Source of the DNA: Opitutia bacterium
GTDB taxonomy: Bacteria; Verrucomicrobiota; Verrucomicrobiia; Opitutales; T3Sed10-336
Reading direction: 5' to 3'
Assembly: GCA_050506795.1 (NCBI GenBank)
Contig: JBJHCF010000003.1
Coordinates: 1-64,000, forward strand
DNA length: 64,000 bases
Part shown: positions 38,604 through 49,218 of the stretch, one piece after another
Layout: every line of letters begins with the position of its first letter
Position numbering within the stretch: position 1 is the stretch's first letter
The notes under the pieces: generated by a model
Told to the model about the DNA's origin: nothing
The model's database searches: none
Seen by the model: the letters and a program-made list of their open reading frames with translations, nothing else
Position numbers and translations under genes: made by a program

Positions 38604-39890
38604 TCAGGCGCTGCCCGGAATCGGGGCGACTCCCTCTTCCGGGAGCTCGACGTCGTCCGCGTTTTCGAAGTCCTCGGCCGTCGGGGTGATGGTGAGATTG
38701 TACCACTCCGAGTCGGTGCGTTCGGTCAGATCGATCCAGCGTACGATGGCCCCGCTGTAGGCGGAAATGCGGCCCATGATGGCGGCGACGGTGGCGTCGG
38801 TTACATCTTTGGTCTCGTTCAGGCCCTGATCCTCGAGGATGCTTTCGAGCAGTGCCACGTGCTCCTGCACCATGCTGTTGTCATGTCCGGCCACTTCCGG
38901 CAAAGTGACTTCGCGGCCGTCGAACCGGGCGATCCGGCTGCCGCCGATCACGGTGCCTTCGGTACCGGTGAGCATTTCGCCAACCCGCGTGTAGGTGCCG
39001 TTGATTTGGCGACACATGCTATGGATGTTGCAACCGTCACCGTAGTCGAGGTCGACGCTGAAGAAATCGTAGAGATTGCCGGTGCGCCGACGCGCGCGTC
39101 CGCCATAACCCAATGCGATACGTGGGTTGCGTCCAACGAACCAACTGGCGACGTCGATATTGTGCATGTGCTGCTCGACGATATGGTCGCCCGAGGTTTC
39201 GAGAAAGTTCACCCAGTTGCGGGCCATGTACATGGCGTTGGATTCACCGTCCCGCCGGTCGCGGACCCAGAGCTGGTTCTGGTTCCACATCACCTTGCCG
39301 CCGACGATGTCGCCGATGGCGCCGTCCCGGATCGCCTGGGCGAGAGCCTTGTAGCGGCGGTCGTGGCGGCGTTGGGTGCCGGCCACCACGGAGAGGTTTT
39401 TGCGGCTGGCTTCCTCCCCAATGGCATACATGCGACGCGCTCCCGGCGCATCAACGGCCACCGGTTTTTCGATAAAGCAATGGCAATCGGCGGCGATCGC
39501 CGCTTCGAAGTGAGCCGGGCGGAAATTGGGGGGGGCGCAGAGCAGAGCCACGTCCATGGGAACCTCAAAGAGTTTGTGGTAGGCATCGAATCCCACGAAA
39601 CGATGTTCCTCGGGAACGCCGAATTGGTTGCCGGCCTGGTTGACCGACGATTCCTGGACGTCGGCCACCGCCACGAAACGGATTTCGACTCCGGCTACTT
39701 CTCCCGCCTGGCGGATATCGTTCATTGCACCCCGGCCTCGCCCTCCGGTACCGACCGCTCCAACCCTAATCACGGGCCGGCCGGCATTGTTGGCCGCCAG
39801 TCCGGCCGCTGGCAGGACACTGAGCGCCGCTCCGGCGACCGTCAGGTTCTTGAGGAAATTGCGTCTGCTTTGTAGGTTCCTGTTCATCAT
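38604..39890 (-). CDS. Gfo/Idh/MocA family oxidoreductase, Tat-exported
   Basis: SRRNFLK leader; VGTGGRGRGA; PPNFRPAH; FIEKPVAVD; GTQRRH; GDHIVEQHMHNID. Confidence 0.93.
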   Translation of the reverse strand: MMNRNLQSRRNFLKNLTVAGAALSVLPAAGLAANNAGRPVIRVGAVGTGGRGRGAMNDIRQAGEVAGVEIRFVAVADVQESSVNQAGNQFGVPEEHRFVGFDAYHKLFEVPMDVALLCAPPNFRPAHFEAAIAADCHCFIEKPVAVDAPGARRMYAIGEEASRKNLSVVAGTQRRHDRRYKALAQAIRDGAIGDIVGGKVMWNQNQLWVRDRRDGESNAMYMARNWVNFLETSGDHIVEQHMHNIDVASWFVGRNPRIALGYGGRARRRTGNLYDFFSVDLDYGDGCNIHSMCRQINGTYTRVGEMLTGTEGTVIGGSRIARFDGREVTLPEVAGHDNSMVQEHVALLESILEDQGLNETKDVTDATVAAIMGRISAYSGAIVRWIDLTERTDSEWYNLTITPTAEDFENADDVELPEEGVAPIPGSA

Positions 39891-40137
39891 ATCTATCTGA
39901 TCGTGTTGGTTTTCGTATTTCAGAGGTGCCGGAGTCTGGAAAATCCTGCGCCGGTCTAGCCGGCAGGACAGATCGTCGCGACTGGAAATGAATTGAAAAT
40001 ATTTCGTGCGGTAATGTCAACCAACCATGGAGGTCTTCTGACGGAACTAACCGGGGCGGTGTTCTCTGCTATTAGTCGGCCGAATAATACTTTCGTGGTT
40101 GTCCTGTCGCCGTTTGTGGCATTGATTGGATGGTCCT

Positions 40138-41712
40138 ATGGAACAGCGGCCAATTGTGGAGAAAATAAACGTCCGAGAAGCCACACGCGACGATATCGAG
40201 GTGTTGGTCGAACTCAACCGATTGGCCTACCCGGACCGATCGGAGGAGAATGTGGTTTGGGGACGCAGCCATTTGCTGAGCCACCTGCGGACCTTTCCCC
40301 AGGGGCAACTGGTGGCGGAAATTGACGGGCGCGTGGTGGGGGGCGCTTCGGCGCTGATCGTCGACATGGGCCCGGAACCCCTGCGTCCTCACACCTGGGC
40401 GGGAGTGACCGACAGCGGGTATTTCACCAGTCACAACGCCAAAGGCGACACGCTTTATGCCGCAGACATCTACGTGCATCCGGAATACCGCCGTCGCGGT
40501 GTGGCGAGGGCTTTGTACGCGGCCCGGAGGGACCTGTGCCGCCGGTTCAACCTGCGTCGCATCCTGGCGGGCGGGCGCTTGTGGGGGTATGTCGAACATG
40601 CCGAACGATTCTCTCCGGAGGAGTACGCGGAGCGGGTGTCCGAAGGCGACTTGAGCGATCCCGTTCTTGGGTTTCAACTGGCCGAGGGTTTCGAGTTGCG
40701 CGGGATCCTGCCCAATTACGTGCGCGATCCCCGGGGGAAAAATTACGCGCCCCTGCTGGAGTGGTTCAATCCCGACTACGTGGCGCCGGAGAAGGGGCGT
40801 CGCAAAGTGCGGCTGGCCTGCGTTCAGTACCAGATGCGCAAACTGGAGTCCTTTGACGAATTCGCTCGCCAGGTGACTTATTTCGTGGACATCGCCGCCG
40901 ACTACGGCAGCGATTTTATCCTCTTGCCCGAGTTTCTGACCGTGCAGCTTCTGTCCCAGACCGGAACCCTGACGCCCGGAGAGGGGATCAAGGAACTGGC
41001 GAAACTGACGCCGCGCTACAAGGAGCTGATGAGCAGCCTCGCCACCAGTTACGGGATGACCCTGATCTCCGGGAGCCACCCGGTGGAGGAGGGCGATCGC
41101 ATGCTCAACACCTGTTTCGTCTGCCTGCCGGACGGCAAGGTGGAGTGCCAGCCGAAATTGCACATCACTCCCAACGAGCGGAAATGGTGGAAGATCAGCG
41201 GTGGCAAGAATCTCCGTGTATTCAACACGCCCAAAGCCAAGATCGCGGTTTTGATCTGTTACGACATTCAGTTTCCGGAAGCCGCGCGTTACCTGGCGGA
41301 CGAAGGAGTCGAGATCATTTTTGTGCCGTTCTGTACGGACAATCGGCAGGGGTACCTGCGGGTGCGCTACTGCGCCCAGGCCCGCGCCATTGAAAACCAG
41401 GTCTACGTAGCCCTGGCCGGCACCGTGGGCAACCTGCCCGATGTCTCCAACATGGACGTGCAGTACGCCCAGTCCGCGGTGCTGACCCCCTCCGACTTCG
41501 CCTTCGCCCGCGACGCCATCGCCTCGGAGGCCGATTTCAACGAGGAGACCATTCTGGTGTGCGATGTGGATATCGACGACCTCTATGAAGCCCGTAGCCA
41601 GGGAACCGTCACTCCGTACCTGGACCGCCGGCGCGACCTGTTTCAATACACCTGTAAACTGGAACGCTCCGATCAGATCAGGCGGTCCGCGGTTGAAGGG
41701 CCCCTGGGTTAG
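40138..41712 (+). CDS. Bifunctional GNAT acetyltransferase / carbon-nitrogen hydrolase (YhcX-like)
   Basis: GNAT motif VHPEYRRRGVARALY; nitrilase-family triad motifs LPEF, QPKLH, ICYD; RAIENQVYV. Confidence 0.92.
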   Translation: MEQRPIVEKINVREATRDDIEVLVELNRLAYPDRSEENVVWGRSHLLSHLRTFPQGQLVAEIDGRVVGGASALIVDMGPEPLRPHTWAGVTDSGYFTSHNAKGDTLYAADIYVHPEYRRRGVARALYAARRDLCRRFNLRRILAGGRLWGYVEHAERFSPEEYAERVSEGDLSDPVLGFQLAEGFELRGILPNYVRDPRGKNYAPLLEWFNPDYVAPEKGRRKVRLACVQYQMRKLESFDEFARQVTYFVDIAADYGSDFILLPEFLTVQLLSQTGTLTPGEGIKELAKLTPRYKELMSSLATSYGMTLISGSHPVEEGDRMLNTCFVCLPDGKVECQPKLHITPNERKWWKISGGKNLRVFNTPKAKIAVLICYDIQFPEAARYLADEGVEIIFVPFCTDNRQGYLRVRYCAQARAIENQVYVALAGTVGNLPDVSNMDVQYAQSAVLTPSDFAFARDAIASEADFNEETILVCDVDIDDLYEARSQGTVTPYLDRRRDLFQYTCKLERSDQIRRSAVEGPLG

Positions 41713-41785
41713 ATCGGGAATTGCGGCTTTTCTTGGGAAAAATACTTGCCAAGCGGGCGACGTGGTCTTTTCTTGAGTAAATAAG

Positions 41786-42391
41786 GTGAAAAAGTCAAGT
41801 AATATTCATCCTATTTTCGATCAGGTTCTTACACGTGAAGACAAGGAACAGCGTACGGGGCAGCGCGCCCGTGTGATCTGGTTTTACGGCTTGTCCGGAT
41901 CGGGAAAAAGCACGTTGGCGAACGCGCTCGAACGCCGCCTTTACGGGGAAGGGTTTTTCACCACCTTGCTCGATGGCGATAACGTGCGCGGAGGCCTGAA
42001 CGCCAATTTGGGATTCTCCGATGAGGACCGCGACGAGAACATCCGGCGTATCGCCGAGGTGTCGAAGCTCTTCGTGCAGGCCGGTCTGATCGCCATCAAT
42101 TCCTTCATCACTCCCTTGCGCCGCCAACGGGAATCCGCCCGTGCCATTTTGGGCGAGGACCTGATCGAGGTGTACGTTCGCTGTTCCTTCGAAAAATGCG
42201 CCGAGCGGGATGTGAAGGGACTTTATGCCAAAGCGCGTGCCGGAGAAGTCGCGGCGTTTACGGGTAAGGACTCCTCGTTCGAAGAGCCGGAGTCACCGGA
42301 TCTGGTGATCGAAACAGAGAAGAATAAGATTGAGGAGAGCCTCGCCGAGGTGTACCGCTTTGTGCTTCCCCGGATCAAGGCGAACGCCTGA
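41786..42391 (+). CDS. cysC: Adenylyl-sulfate kinase
   Basis: WFYGLSGSGKSTLA, LLDGDNVR, RDENIRRIAEV, RDVKGLY. Confidence 0.95.
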   Translation: MKKSSNIHPIFDQVLTREDKEQRTGQRARVIWFYGLSGSGKSTLANALERRLYGEGFFTTLLDGDNVRGGLNANLGFSDEDRDENIRRIAEVSKLFVQAGLIAINSFITPLRRQRESARAILGEDLIEVYVRCSFEKCAERDVKGLYAKARAGEVAAFTGKDSSFEEPESPDLVIETEKNKIEESLAEVYRFVLPRIKANA

Positions 42392-42426
42392 TTCGGGCCT
42401 CACTGGAATACTTTCGTGGATTGATT

Positions 42427-43332
42427 ATGACGTCTTACAACCTAACTCATTTGCAGCAACTCGAAGCTGAAGCGATCTTCATCATGCGTGAAGTCGCGGC
42501 CCAGTTTGAGCGCCCGGTGCTGATGTTTTCCGGAGGCAAGGATTCCATTGTGATGGTCCGGTTGGCTCAGAAAGCGTTTCACCCGGCCCGCTTTCCGTTT
42601 CCTTTGCTGCACATCGATACCGGCCACAATTTCCCGGAAACCCTCGAGTTTCGCGACAATTTGGTGAAGGAACTCGGCGAGCGCCTCATCGTGCGCACGG
42701 TGCAGGACTCCATCGACCAGGGAAGGGCGTCCGAGGAAAAAGGGCCCAATGCCAGCCGAAACGCGTTGCAGACCGTGACACTGCTCGATGCGATCGAGGA
42801 GTTTTCCTTCGACGCCGCCATCGGGGGCGCCCGGCGGGACGAGGAAAAGGCGCGGGCGAAGGAGCGTTTCTTCTCCCATCGCGACGAGTTCGGGCAATGG
42901 GATCCCAAGAATCAGCGCCCCGAACTCTGGTACCTCTTCAACGGCAAAAAGAGCGTCGGCGAGCACTTCCGGATTTTCCCTCTTAGCAACTGGACGGAAA
43001 TGGATGTCTGGCAGTACATCGCCCGGGAAAAGCTGGCGTTGCCCACCATCTATTTTTCCCACGATCGAGAGATCGTCGCCCGCAACGGGATGATACTGGC
43101 CAATTCGCCTCACATCACGGTCGGGGACAAGGAAAAGGTGGAAACCCGGCGCGTGCGTTTTCGCACGGTGGGCGACATGACCTGTACCGGGGCGGTGGAG
43201 TCGGTGGCGGATTCCATCGACGATATCATCGCCGAGGTCGCCGCCGCCCGCGTCACGGAACGCGGCGGGCGGGCTGACGACAAACGTTCGGAAACCGCGA
43301 TGGAGGACCGGAAAAAACAAGGATATTTCTAA
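42427..43332 (+). CDS. cysD: Sulfate adenylyltransferase subunit 2
   Basis: FSGGKDS, GGARRDEEKARAKER, WDPKNQRPELW, MEDRKKQGYF. Confidence 0.97.
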   Translation: MTSYNLTHLQQLEAEAIFIMREVAAQFERPVLMFSGGKDSIVMVRLAQKAFHPARFPFPLLHIDTGHNFPETLEFRDNLVKELGERLIVRTVQDSIDQGRASEEKGPNASRNALQTVTLLDAIEEFSFDAAIGGARRDEEKARAKERFFSHRDEFGQWDPKNQRPELWYLFNGKKSVGEHFRIFPLSNWTEMDVWQYIAREKLALPTIYFSHDREIVARNGMILANSPHITVGDKEKVETRRVRFRTVGDMTCTGAVESVADSIDDIIAEVAAARVTERGGRADDKRSETAMEDRKKQGYF

Positions 43333-44609
43333 TGAGCGACCAAGCGCAAAAACTCGAAGAAATGGATCTGCTCCGCTTTACCACGGCGGGCAGTGTGGAC
43401 GACGGAAAAAGCACCCTGATCGGGCGCTTGATGTACGACACCAAGACGATCTTTGAGGATCAACTGGAGGCGATCGAAACGACCAGCCGCCAACGCGGCG
43501 ACGAAAACGTCAATCTCGCTCTGCTGACCGACGGTTTAAAAGCCGAACGCGAGCAGGGAATCACCATTGATGTGGCTTACCGTTATTTCGCCACGCCGAA
43601 ACGGAAGTTCATCATCGCCGACACCCCCGGCCACATCCAGTACACCCGCAACATGGTGACCGGGGCGTCCACCGCCAACCTGGCCGTCATTTTGATCGAC
43701 GCCCGCAAAGGGGTGGTGGAACAGACCTGCCGCCACGCCTTCATTGCGTCCCTTCTCAATATTCAGCACGTGGCGCTCTGCGTGAACAAAATGGATCTCG
43801 TCGATTATGACGAATCCGTTTACGACGCTATCGTCAAACGTTTCCGCGAGTTCGCGTCGCGACTCAACATCAACGACATCGCCTTTTTCCCCATCAGCGC
43901 CCTGAAAGGCGACAACGTGGTGGAAAAATCGGAAAACATGGCCTGGTACAAGGGACCTTCGCTGCTGTACCATCTGGAGAGCGTATACGTCGGCAACGAT
44001 CACAACCATGTGGACGCCCGGTTCCCGGTCCAATGGGTGGTGCGCCCCCAGTCCGACAAGTATCACGATTTCCGCGGCTTCGCCGGCAAGGTGGCCGGCG
44101 GGGTGTTTAAACCGGGCGATGAAGTGACGGTCCTGCCGTCCGGATTCTCCAGCCGTATCAAGTCTATACATACATTCGACGGCGAAATCCATGAAGCCTT
44201 CGCGCCGATGTCGGTCGCCATCACCCTGGATGACGAAATCGACATCAGCCGGGGTGACATGATCGTCAAGCCGAACAACCGTCCCGAGGCGCAGCAGGAC
44301 CTGGAAATGATGATTTGCTGGTTCAACGAGAAAAAGCTCAAATCCGGCGGAAAGTACGAGATTCGGCACACCACCCAGGATGCCAAGGCATTGATCAAAG
44401 AGGTTCGCTACAAGGTAAATATCAACACTCTCCACAAGATCGAGGACGACCTGGAGGTGGGTCTCAACGATATCGCGCGGGTGAGCGTGCGCACGTCGCG
44501 GCCGCTTTTTACCGACAGCTACCGGAAAAACCGCCTCACCGGCAGTGTCATCCTGATCGATCCGTTCACCCATGAAACGGTGGCGGCGGGTATGATCGTG
44601 CACCGTTGA
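43332..44609 (+). CDS. cysN: Sulfate adenylyltransferase subunit 1 (GTPase), without fused APS kinase
   Basis: GSVDDGKSTLIGRL, EREQGITIDVAYRYF, DTPGH, NKMD. Confidence 0.97.
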   Translation: MSDQAQKLEEMDLLRFTTAGSVDDGKSTLIGRLMYDTKTIFEDQLEAIETTSRQRGDENVNLALLTDGLKAEREQGITIDVAYRYFATPKRKFIIADTPGHIQYTRNMVTGASTANLAVILIDARKGVVEQTCRHAFIASLLNIQHVALCVNKMDLVDYDESVYDAIVKRFREFASRLNINDIAFFPISALKGDNVVEKSENMAWYKGPSLLYHLESVYVGNDHNHVDARFPVQWVVRPQSDKYHDFRGFAGKVAGGVFKPGDEVTVLPSGFSSRIKSIHTFDGEIHEAFAPMSVAITLDDEIDISRGDMIVKPNNRPEAQQDLEMMICWFNEKKLKSGGKYEIRHTTQDAKALIKEVRYKVNINTLHKIEDDLEVGLNDIARVSVRTSRPLFTDSYRKNRLTGSVILIDPFTHETVAAGMIVHR

Positions 44610-44619
44610 CGGAGAGCGA

Positions 44620-45498
44620 ATGAGCTGGATTTCGGTCTGGGGGCTGGCCGCTCGGCCGCGAACGTTGCCGGCCGCCGCCGCTCCTGTACTCGTCGGGACC
44701 GCGCTGGCGGTCGCGGACGGGTTGTGGCAGCCAGGGGCGTTTTTGTTCTGCCTGGTATTTGCTTTGCTGGTACAGATTGGAACCAATTACGCCAATGATT
44801 ATTACGACTTCATCAAGGGAGCGGATTTTGCCGGACGTCTCGGACCCGCCCGGGCCACCGCGGAGGGGTTCGTTCGACCGAACGTCATGCGTCGCGCCGC
44901 TTTCACTGCGTTCGGGCTCGCTTTCCTGGCGGGCCTGCCCCTGATCGCCTTCGGAGGCTGGTGGTTGCTTCCTGTTGGGGTGATCTGCATTTTATGCGGC
45001 CTCGCCTACACCGCGGGTCCCTGGCCGCTGGCTTACACCGGGTTGGGAGATGTGTTTGTATTCCTGTTTTTTGGCGTGGTGGCGGTGACTGTCACCTATT
45101 ACGTTCATACCGGAGTTGTCACCGGAGCGGCCTTCACGGTTTCCATTCCGGTCGGCGCGTTGATCACCAATGTATTAGTGGTGAACAATCTGCGCGATCG
45201 CCGCACCGACGGTCTGGCGGGGAAAAAAACGCTGGCCGTCCGTTTCGGCGAGAGTTTCTCTCTGGCGGAGTACATCGGATTGCTGGTGCTGGCTTTCGGA
45301 GCGGTGGCGGTGTTGGGGGTGACCCGTCCGGGGTGGGTGGTTTTGCTTCCGCTGACCTTGATTCCGTGGGCGATCCTTTTGCTCAGACGCTTCCTGAGCG
45401 CTGATTCCGGTCCGGAATACAATTCCGTGCTTTCCGAAACCGCGATATTCGCGCTGGCGTTCAGCCTATCGCTTTCGCTGGCTTTGCTCTTGTCCTGA
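44620..45498 (+). CDS. menA: 1,4-dihydroxy-2-naphthoate polyprenyltransferase
   Basis: ARPRTL, QIGTNYANDYYDFIKGAD, YTAGP.PLAYTGLGD, NNLRDRRTD..AGKKTLAVR. Confidence 0.93.
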   Translation: MSWISVWGLAARPRTLPAAAAPVLVGTALAVADGLWQPGAFLFCLVFALLVQIGTNYANDYYDFIKGADFAGRLGPARATAEGFVRPNVMRRAAFTAFGLAFLAGLPLIAFGGWWLLPVGVICILCGLAYTAGPWPLAYTGLGDVFVFLFFGVVAVTVTYYVHTGVVTGAAFTVSIPVGALITNVLVVNNLRDRRTDGLAGKKTLAVRFGESFSLAEYIGLLVLAFGAVAVLGVTRPGWVVLLPLTLIPWAILLLRRFLSADSGPEYNSVLSETAIFALAFSLSLSLALLLS

Positions 45499-45515
45499 GG
45501 ATTCGGCCGCACGTC

Positions 45516-45660
45516 TAATAGGAATGGCACGGTTAAGCAGGTTCATCGTTTGAGAAACGGAATCGAAATCGGAATCGCTCCTCTGTTTCCAGGGGAACGG
45601 CCGATGCAATTCAGCTATGCTCCTTCGATCCACCGCCCTAACCGGGTGCCATTCCCTCTA
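45516..45660. mobile_element. MITE-like element (~145 bp) with terminal inverted repeats
   Basis: TAATAGGAATGGCACGGTTAAG ... CTAACCGGGTGCCATTCCCTCTA; same family as 1003-1253. Confidence 0.7.
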
Positions 45661-48279
45661 ATCGGGATCCGCGAAGAATGGGTGTTCCGGATCTCCGGCG
45701 CTGAGCATGAAGGCGAACAGAGCCCGCACCTGCTCTTCGTCCAGGCGATTGGTGAGGGCCGGGGGCATGGGAGACAGCGGTGAACGATACTGTTCGACTA
45801 TCCGGTCCCGCCGGATTTGGGTGAGGTCGCCCGGCGCAAACGGGTCGGTGATAATCATCAGGGAATCCTGGCTGAGGTTGGCCACGCGGCCGATAATCTG
45901 CGAGCCGTCCTCGAGGACAAAGACGGTGTCGGCGTATTGGTCGGAGACGTTGGTGTTGGGATAGACGATTTTTTCGGCGATGTCGCGAACGGAAAAACGT
46001 TGTGCCACCCGGGTAAGGTCCGGTCCGGAGATTCCCCCCTGGCCGGCGATCCGGTGACAGGCGAAACATGCGCCGAGGCTGAAAGCCTGTCGAGCCTGGT
46101 CGAAAGAAACGCCTTCCAGCTTTTCCCGCGGAGTTACCGCTTCCGTTAACTGGTCAACCGACCAGTGACGCTGATAAGGCGCGGCGGCAAGGTCACCCGG
46201 GACAGCCTGCGACTCGATTTCCACTTCCAGGAGGGCAGCCAACGCGGACCGTTCCGTCTCGCTCAAGGTCGCTTCGGCGTTGTTTCGAATGTCGCGGAGA
46301 AACCCGAGAAAACTCGCGCCGCCCCGGGTGCGCCCGGCGGAGGTAAACCAGGAGAAATAACGTGCCCGCTGCTCCGGACTCCAGCCGGTCTCCGCGGCGC
46401 TGAGAACTTTGGCGTAGTGTATCTGATCCTCCACCGTTTCGGAGTTCTCCATCAGGTTCAGCGTCCGCTCGACGGCCCGCGGCATTTTCAGGTAGACGGC
46501 CAGGCGGCTGAGTTCGCGGTTCTCCTCGCGCGATGCCGCCGGAAAAAGCGGGTCGAGTTGTGCCAACGCGCCGGCGCGGAGGTCCCCTTCGGGCTCGCCC
46601 ATGCGAGTGAATATCAACTGGTAGGCGCGCAGGAAAGCGAGTCGTTCCATCCGGGACAACTCGGTGAAATCAAGGCGTTGCAACTTTTCGACCAGGGGTG
46701 CTTGCAGTTCGGGGCTCCCCTGGCGTGCCAGGGCGATCACCGCTTCGATCGAAGTCCTCGGATCGGACGCTTCCAGCGCGCGATCCCGCCACCGGTCGAC
46801 CGGCTGGTGCTCGATGGCCACCCTGGCGGCATAGCGTATCAAACGGTCCTCGTGATTCAGATGCGGCCAGGCGGCGTCGACGGCGCGGTCGTCTTCCATC
46901 CCGTGAAAGGTTTCCAGTTCCCGGCGCAAGAGGTGCAGGCGCTCCACTTCCGGATCGGTGAAACCGGCGGCTTCCATCGGTTGAACAGGTTCGTTCCCGA
47001 CGTAGGTGATCCGGTAGAGTTCGGACTGTGAGCTTCGTCCTCCCGTGGTAAAATACATGGCGCCGTCGTGCGGGTTGGCGCGCAACGCCGTGATGGCCAG
47101 GGGCGATCCCGACAGGAACGGTTCCGGCTCCTCGGCCCGGTAGCTGGAGCCTTCGGGGTGGATACGCGCGATGTCGAGTTTACCGAAGGACCAGTCGGCC
47201 AGAAACAATGCCTCACGGTAACGGGCGGGGAACGCGGCGTCGTAACCGAAGGTCACCGCGGTGGGCGAACCGACCCCCATATCCAGGAAAGCCGGTGTGG
47301 AATCCGGGTAATAGTCCGGCCACTTGCCCGAGCCGCTGCGCCAACCCAGTTCGCTGCCGCTGGTGGCGTGGTTCACGCGGGTCGGGCGGTACCAGGGCGT
47401 GCCGATATCCCATTCCATGTCGGAATCGTAGGCGAAAAGATCGCCGTGTTGATTGAACGCGATATCGTATGCGTTTCGATAACCGGTGGAATGGATATGA
47501 ACGTCGGATCCGTCCGGCTTCAGGCTGGCGATGTAACCGCCCGGCGCCAGAACTCCGACCGCATGACCCCGGGCGTCCCAGAGGCGGGGGAGAAGCAGAT
47601 CCTCATCCCACTGCGGAGGCACGCGGGTCCGAACGTAGGGCGGCATCCCGGTGAAGTTGCCCGCGACGATGAAAAGACGTTCGCCGTCGGGAGACAACCG
47701 GATGGAATGCGGGCCATGTTCCCCTTCGCCGCGGAGGGGCAGCAGGTGTTGTGCGGTGTCGAATTGATCGTCGCCAGTGGAGTCGGTCAGACGGTAAAGC
47801 CCCGGTCCCGACCCGAAACCGTCCGCAGCCACCATAACATAGAGGGAATCGAAAGCGTATTTGAGCCCCTGTGCGCCGCCGATAGGTCGACCTGCCGGGT
47901 CTCCCTCTTCGTCCCGGACCAGTACCTCAAGGGCCTCCACCAAAACCGGACCGGTTTCACCGATCGGGGGTGGTGTGACGCGGTACAGGGGGCCGTATTG
48001 GTCGGAGGTGATCAACCGTCCCCGGGGGTCCACCGCCAGGGAAACCCAGGACCCTTGTTCCTCCCGGGGAACGGAGTAGAGGCGTTCGACCCGGAATCCA
48101 TCCGCGATACGAAACCCCTCGGGAGCATTGGCTTCGACCCTTGCCTCGCTGATGGATGAAGGTGCGTCGGTGCTATCGCCGGGTACGGTTTCCGCCGGAG
48201 AGCATCCTTGAAGGAGAAGCAATACTCCCATGGCCGGGGTTGATGAGATGCGAAGTGTCATTCGGATGAGCTGTTTCAT
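45658..48279 (-). CDS. PVC-type heme-c lipoprotein: sugar-dehydrogenase-like beta-propeller, HEAT repeats, cytochrome c
   Basis: Lipobox LLQGC; GEHGPH; GYRNAYD; YDSDMEWD.G.PWYRPTR; CFACH; GPDLT; SPMP. Start chosen at MKQLIRM. Confidence 0.88.
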   Translation of the reverse strand: MKQLIRMTLRISSTPAMGVLLLLQGCSPAETVPGDSTDAPSSISEARVEANAPEGFRIADGFRVERLYSVPREEQGSWVSLAVDPRGRLITSDQYGPLYRVTPPPIGETGPVLVEALEVLVRDEEGDPAGRPIGGAQGLKYAFDSLYVMVAADGFGSGPGLYRLTDSTGDDQFDTAQHLLPLRGEGEHGPHSIRLSPDGERLFIVAGNFTGMPPYVRTRVPPQWDEDLLLPRLWDARGHAVGVLAPGGYIASLKPDGSDVHIHSTGYRNAYDIAFNQHGDLFAYDSDMEWDIGTPWYRPTRVNHATSGSELGWRSGSGKWPDYYPDSTPAFLDMGVGSPTAVTFGYDAAFPARYREALFLADWSFGKLDIARIHPEGSSYRAEEPEPFLSGSPLAITALRANPHDGAMYFTTGGRSSQSELYRITYVGNEPVQPMEAAGFTDPEVERLHLLRRELETFHGMEDDRAVDAAWPHLNHEDRLIRYAARVAIEHQPVDRWRDRALEASDPRTSIEAVIALARQGSPELQAPLVEKLQRLDFTELSRMERLAFLRAYQLIFTRMGEPEGDLRAGALAQLDPLFPAASREENRELSRLAVYLKMPRAVERTLNLMENSETVEDQIHYAKVLSAAETGWSPEQRARYFSWFTSAGRTRGGASFLGFLRDIRNNAEATLSETERSALAALLEVEIESQAVPGDLAAAPYQRHWSVDQLTEAVTPREKLEGVSFDQARQAFSLGACFACHRIAGQGGISGPDLTRVAQRFSVRDIAEKIVYPNTNVSDQYADTVFVLEDGSQIIGRVANLSQDSLMIITDPFAPGDLTQIRRDRIVEQYRSPLSPMPPALTNRLDEEQVRALFAFMLSAGDPEHPFFADPD

Positions 48280-48555
48280 ATCTTGCTGGTGCAGTATGAG
48301 GTTAAGCGACTCGGTTGCGAGGCGAGCGCCCGGAATTTCATCGATCAAGACTCCGGGAGTTGATGGCGGTTTTGAGGAGCAACCTGTTCGCCGTGGCGAG
48401 ATATGGCAAGAAGGGAATCCCGCCGGATTGTTTTCAAACCCGTTAGCGAGAAAAAGGTTTGGCAAAGACTTCCGAAAGGGACAGTTTGTTTTTTCATCAC
48501 TCCTCCCCGACTGACCCTTGCCCGGGTCATGGGAAAACCCTGAAGACAAAAAGCG

Positions 48556-49158
48556 ATGATCAACGAATGGTGGACCGGGTTGGATTTCTCACTGCAGATA
48601 TTCTACGGGATCGGGATCTTTGCTTTGTTTCTGCTCGTGTTGCAGTCACTCCTGCTCATGATCACCGGCGGTGACGACGGGGGTGACATCGATTTCGATC
48701 CGGGCACCACGGGAAGTTATTTTTCCTTCAAGGGACTCACCGCCCTGGCAATGGGATTCGGGTGGACCGGGGTGATTTGTATGAAGGCGGGCCTGTCGCC
48801 GGCGCTCGCCGCAGTGATCGGGGTGGTGGTGGGCATCGGTATCGAAGCCGCTTTTCTCCTCCTCATGGCCCAGGTGTCGCGGTTGCAGAGCGACGGCACC
48901 TTCAAAACGGAATCGGCGGTGGGGTGTTTCGGCACGGTGTACGTCACGGTGCCCCCCAAAAGCTCCGGTGCCGGCGAGGTGGTGATTAAGACCGGGACCC
49001 GCAGCGTGCACATTCGCGCGTTCACCGAGGGCGAGCGGCCCCTGCGAAACGGCGACGAAATAGAAGTCGTTGGCCTCCGGGGAACCGCGGTCCTGGTCAA
49101 ACCGGTCGGCGGCGGCGAGGAAGCCGCGCCGGCCGCAGGGACGGCCCCGTCCAGTTGA
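48556..49158 (+). CDS. NfeD-like membrane protein
   Basis: Three TMs (MGFGWTG), then OB-fold-like GTVYVTVPP...GEV; directly upstream of flotillin. Confidence 0.8.
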   Translation: MINEWWTGLDFSLQIFYGIGIFALFLLVLQSLLLMITGGDDGGDIDFDPGTTGSYFSFKGLTALAMGFGWTGVICMKAGLSPALAAVIGVVVGIGIEAAFLLLMAQVSRLQSDGTFKTESAVGCFGTVYVTVPPKSSGAGEVVIKTGTRSVHIRAFTEGERPLRNGDEIEVVGLRGTAVLVKPVGGGEEAAPAAGTAPSS

Positions 49159-49218
49159 TTCTCGCGCGGCCCTTTTTTTCCGGCCGCGCTCGTTGCTTCA
49201 AACCACAAAAAAGAGATT

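Noticed and set aside
48280..48549. N-terminal 90-aa extension of the heme lipoprotein in the ORF track
   Set aside because: The lipoprotein signal fits a start at 48279 or later; the extension spans the divergent promoter region.
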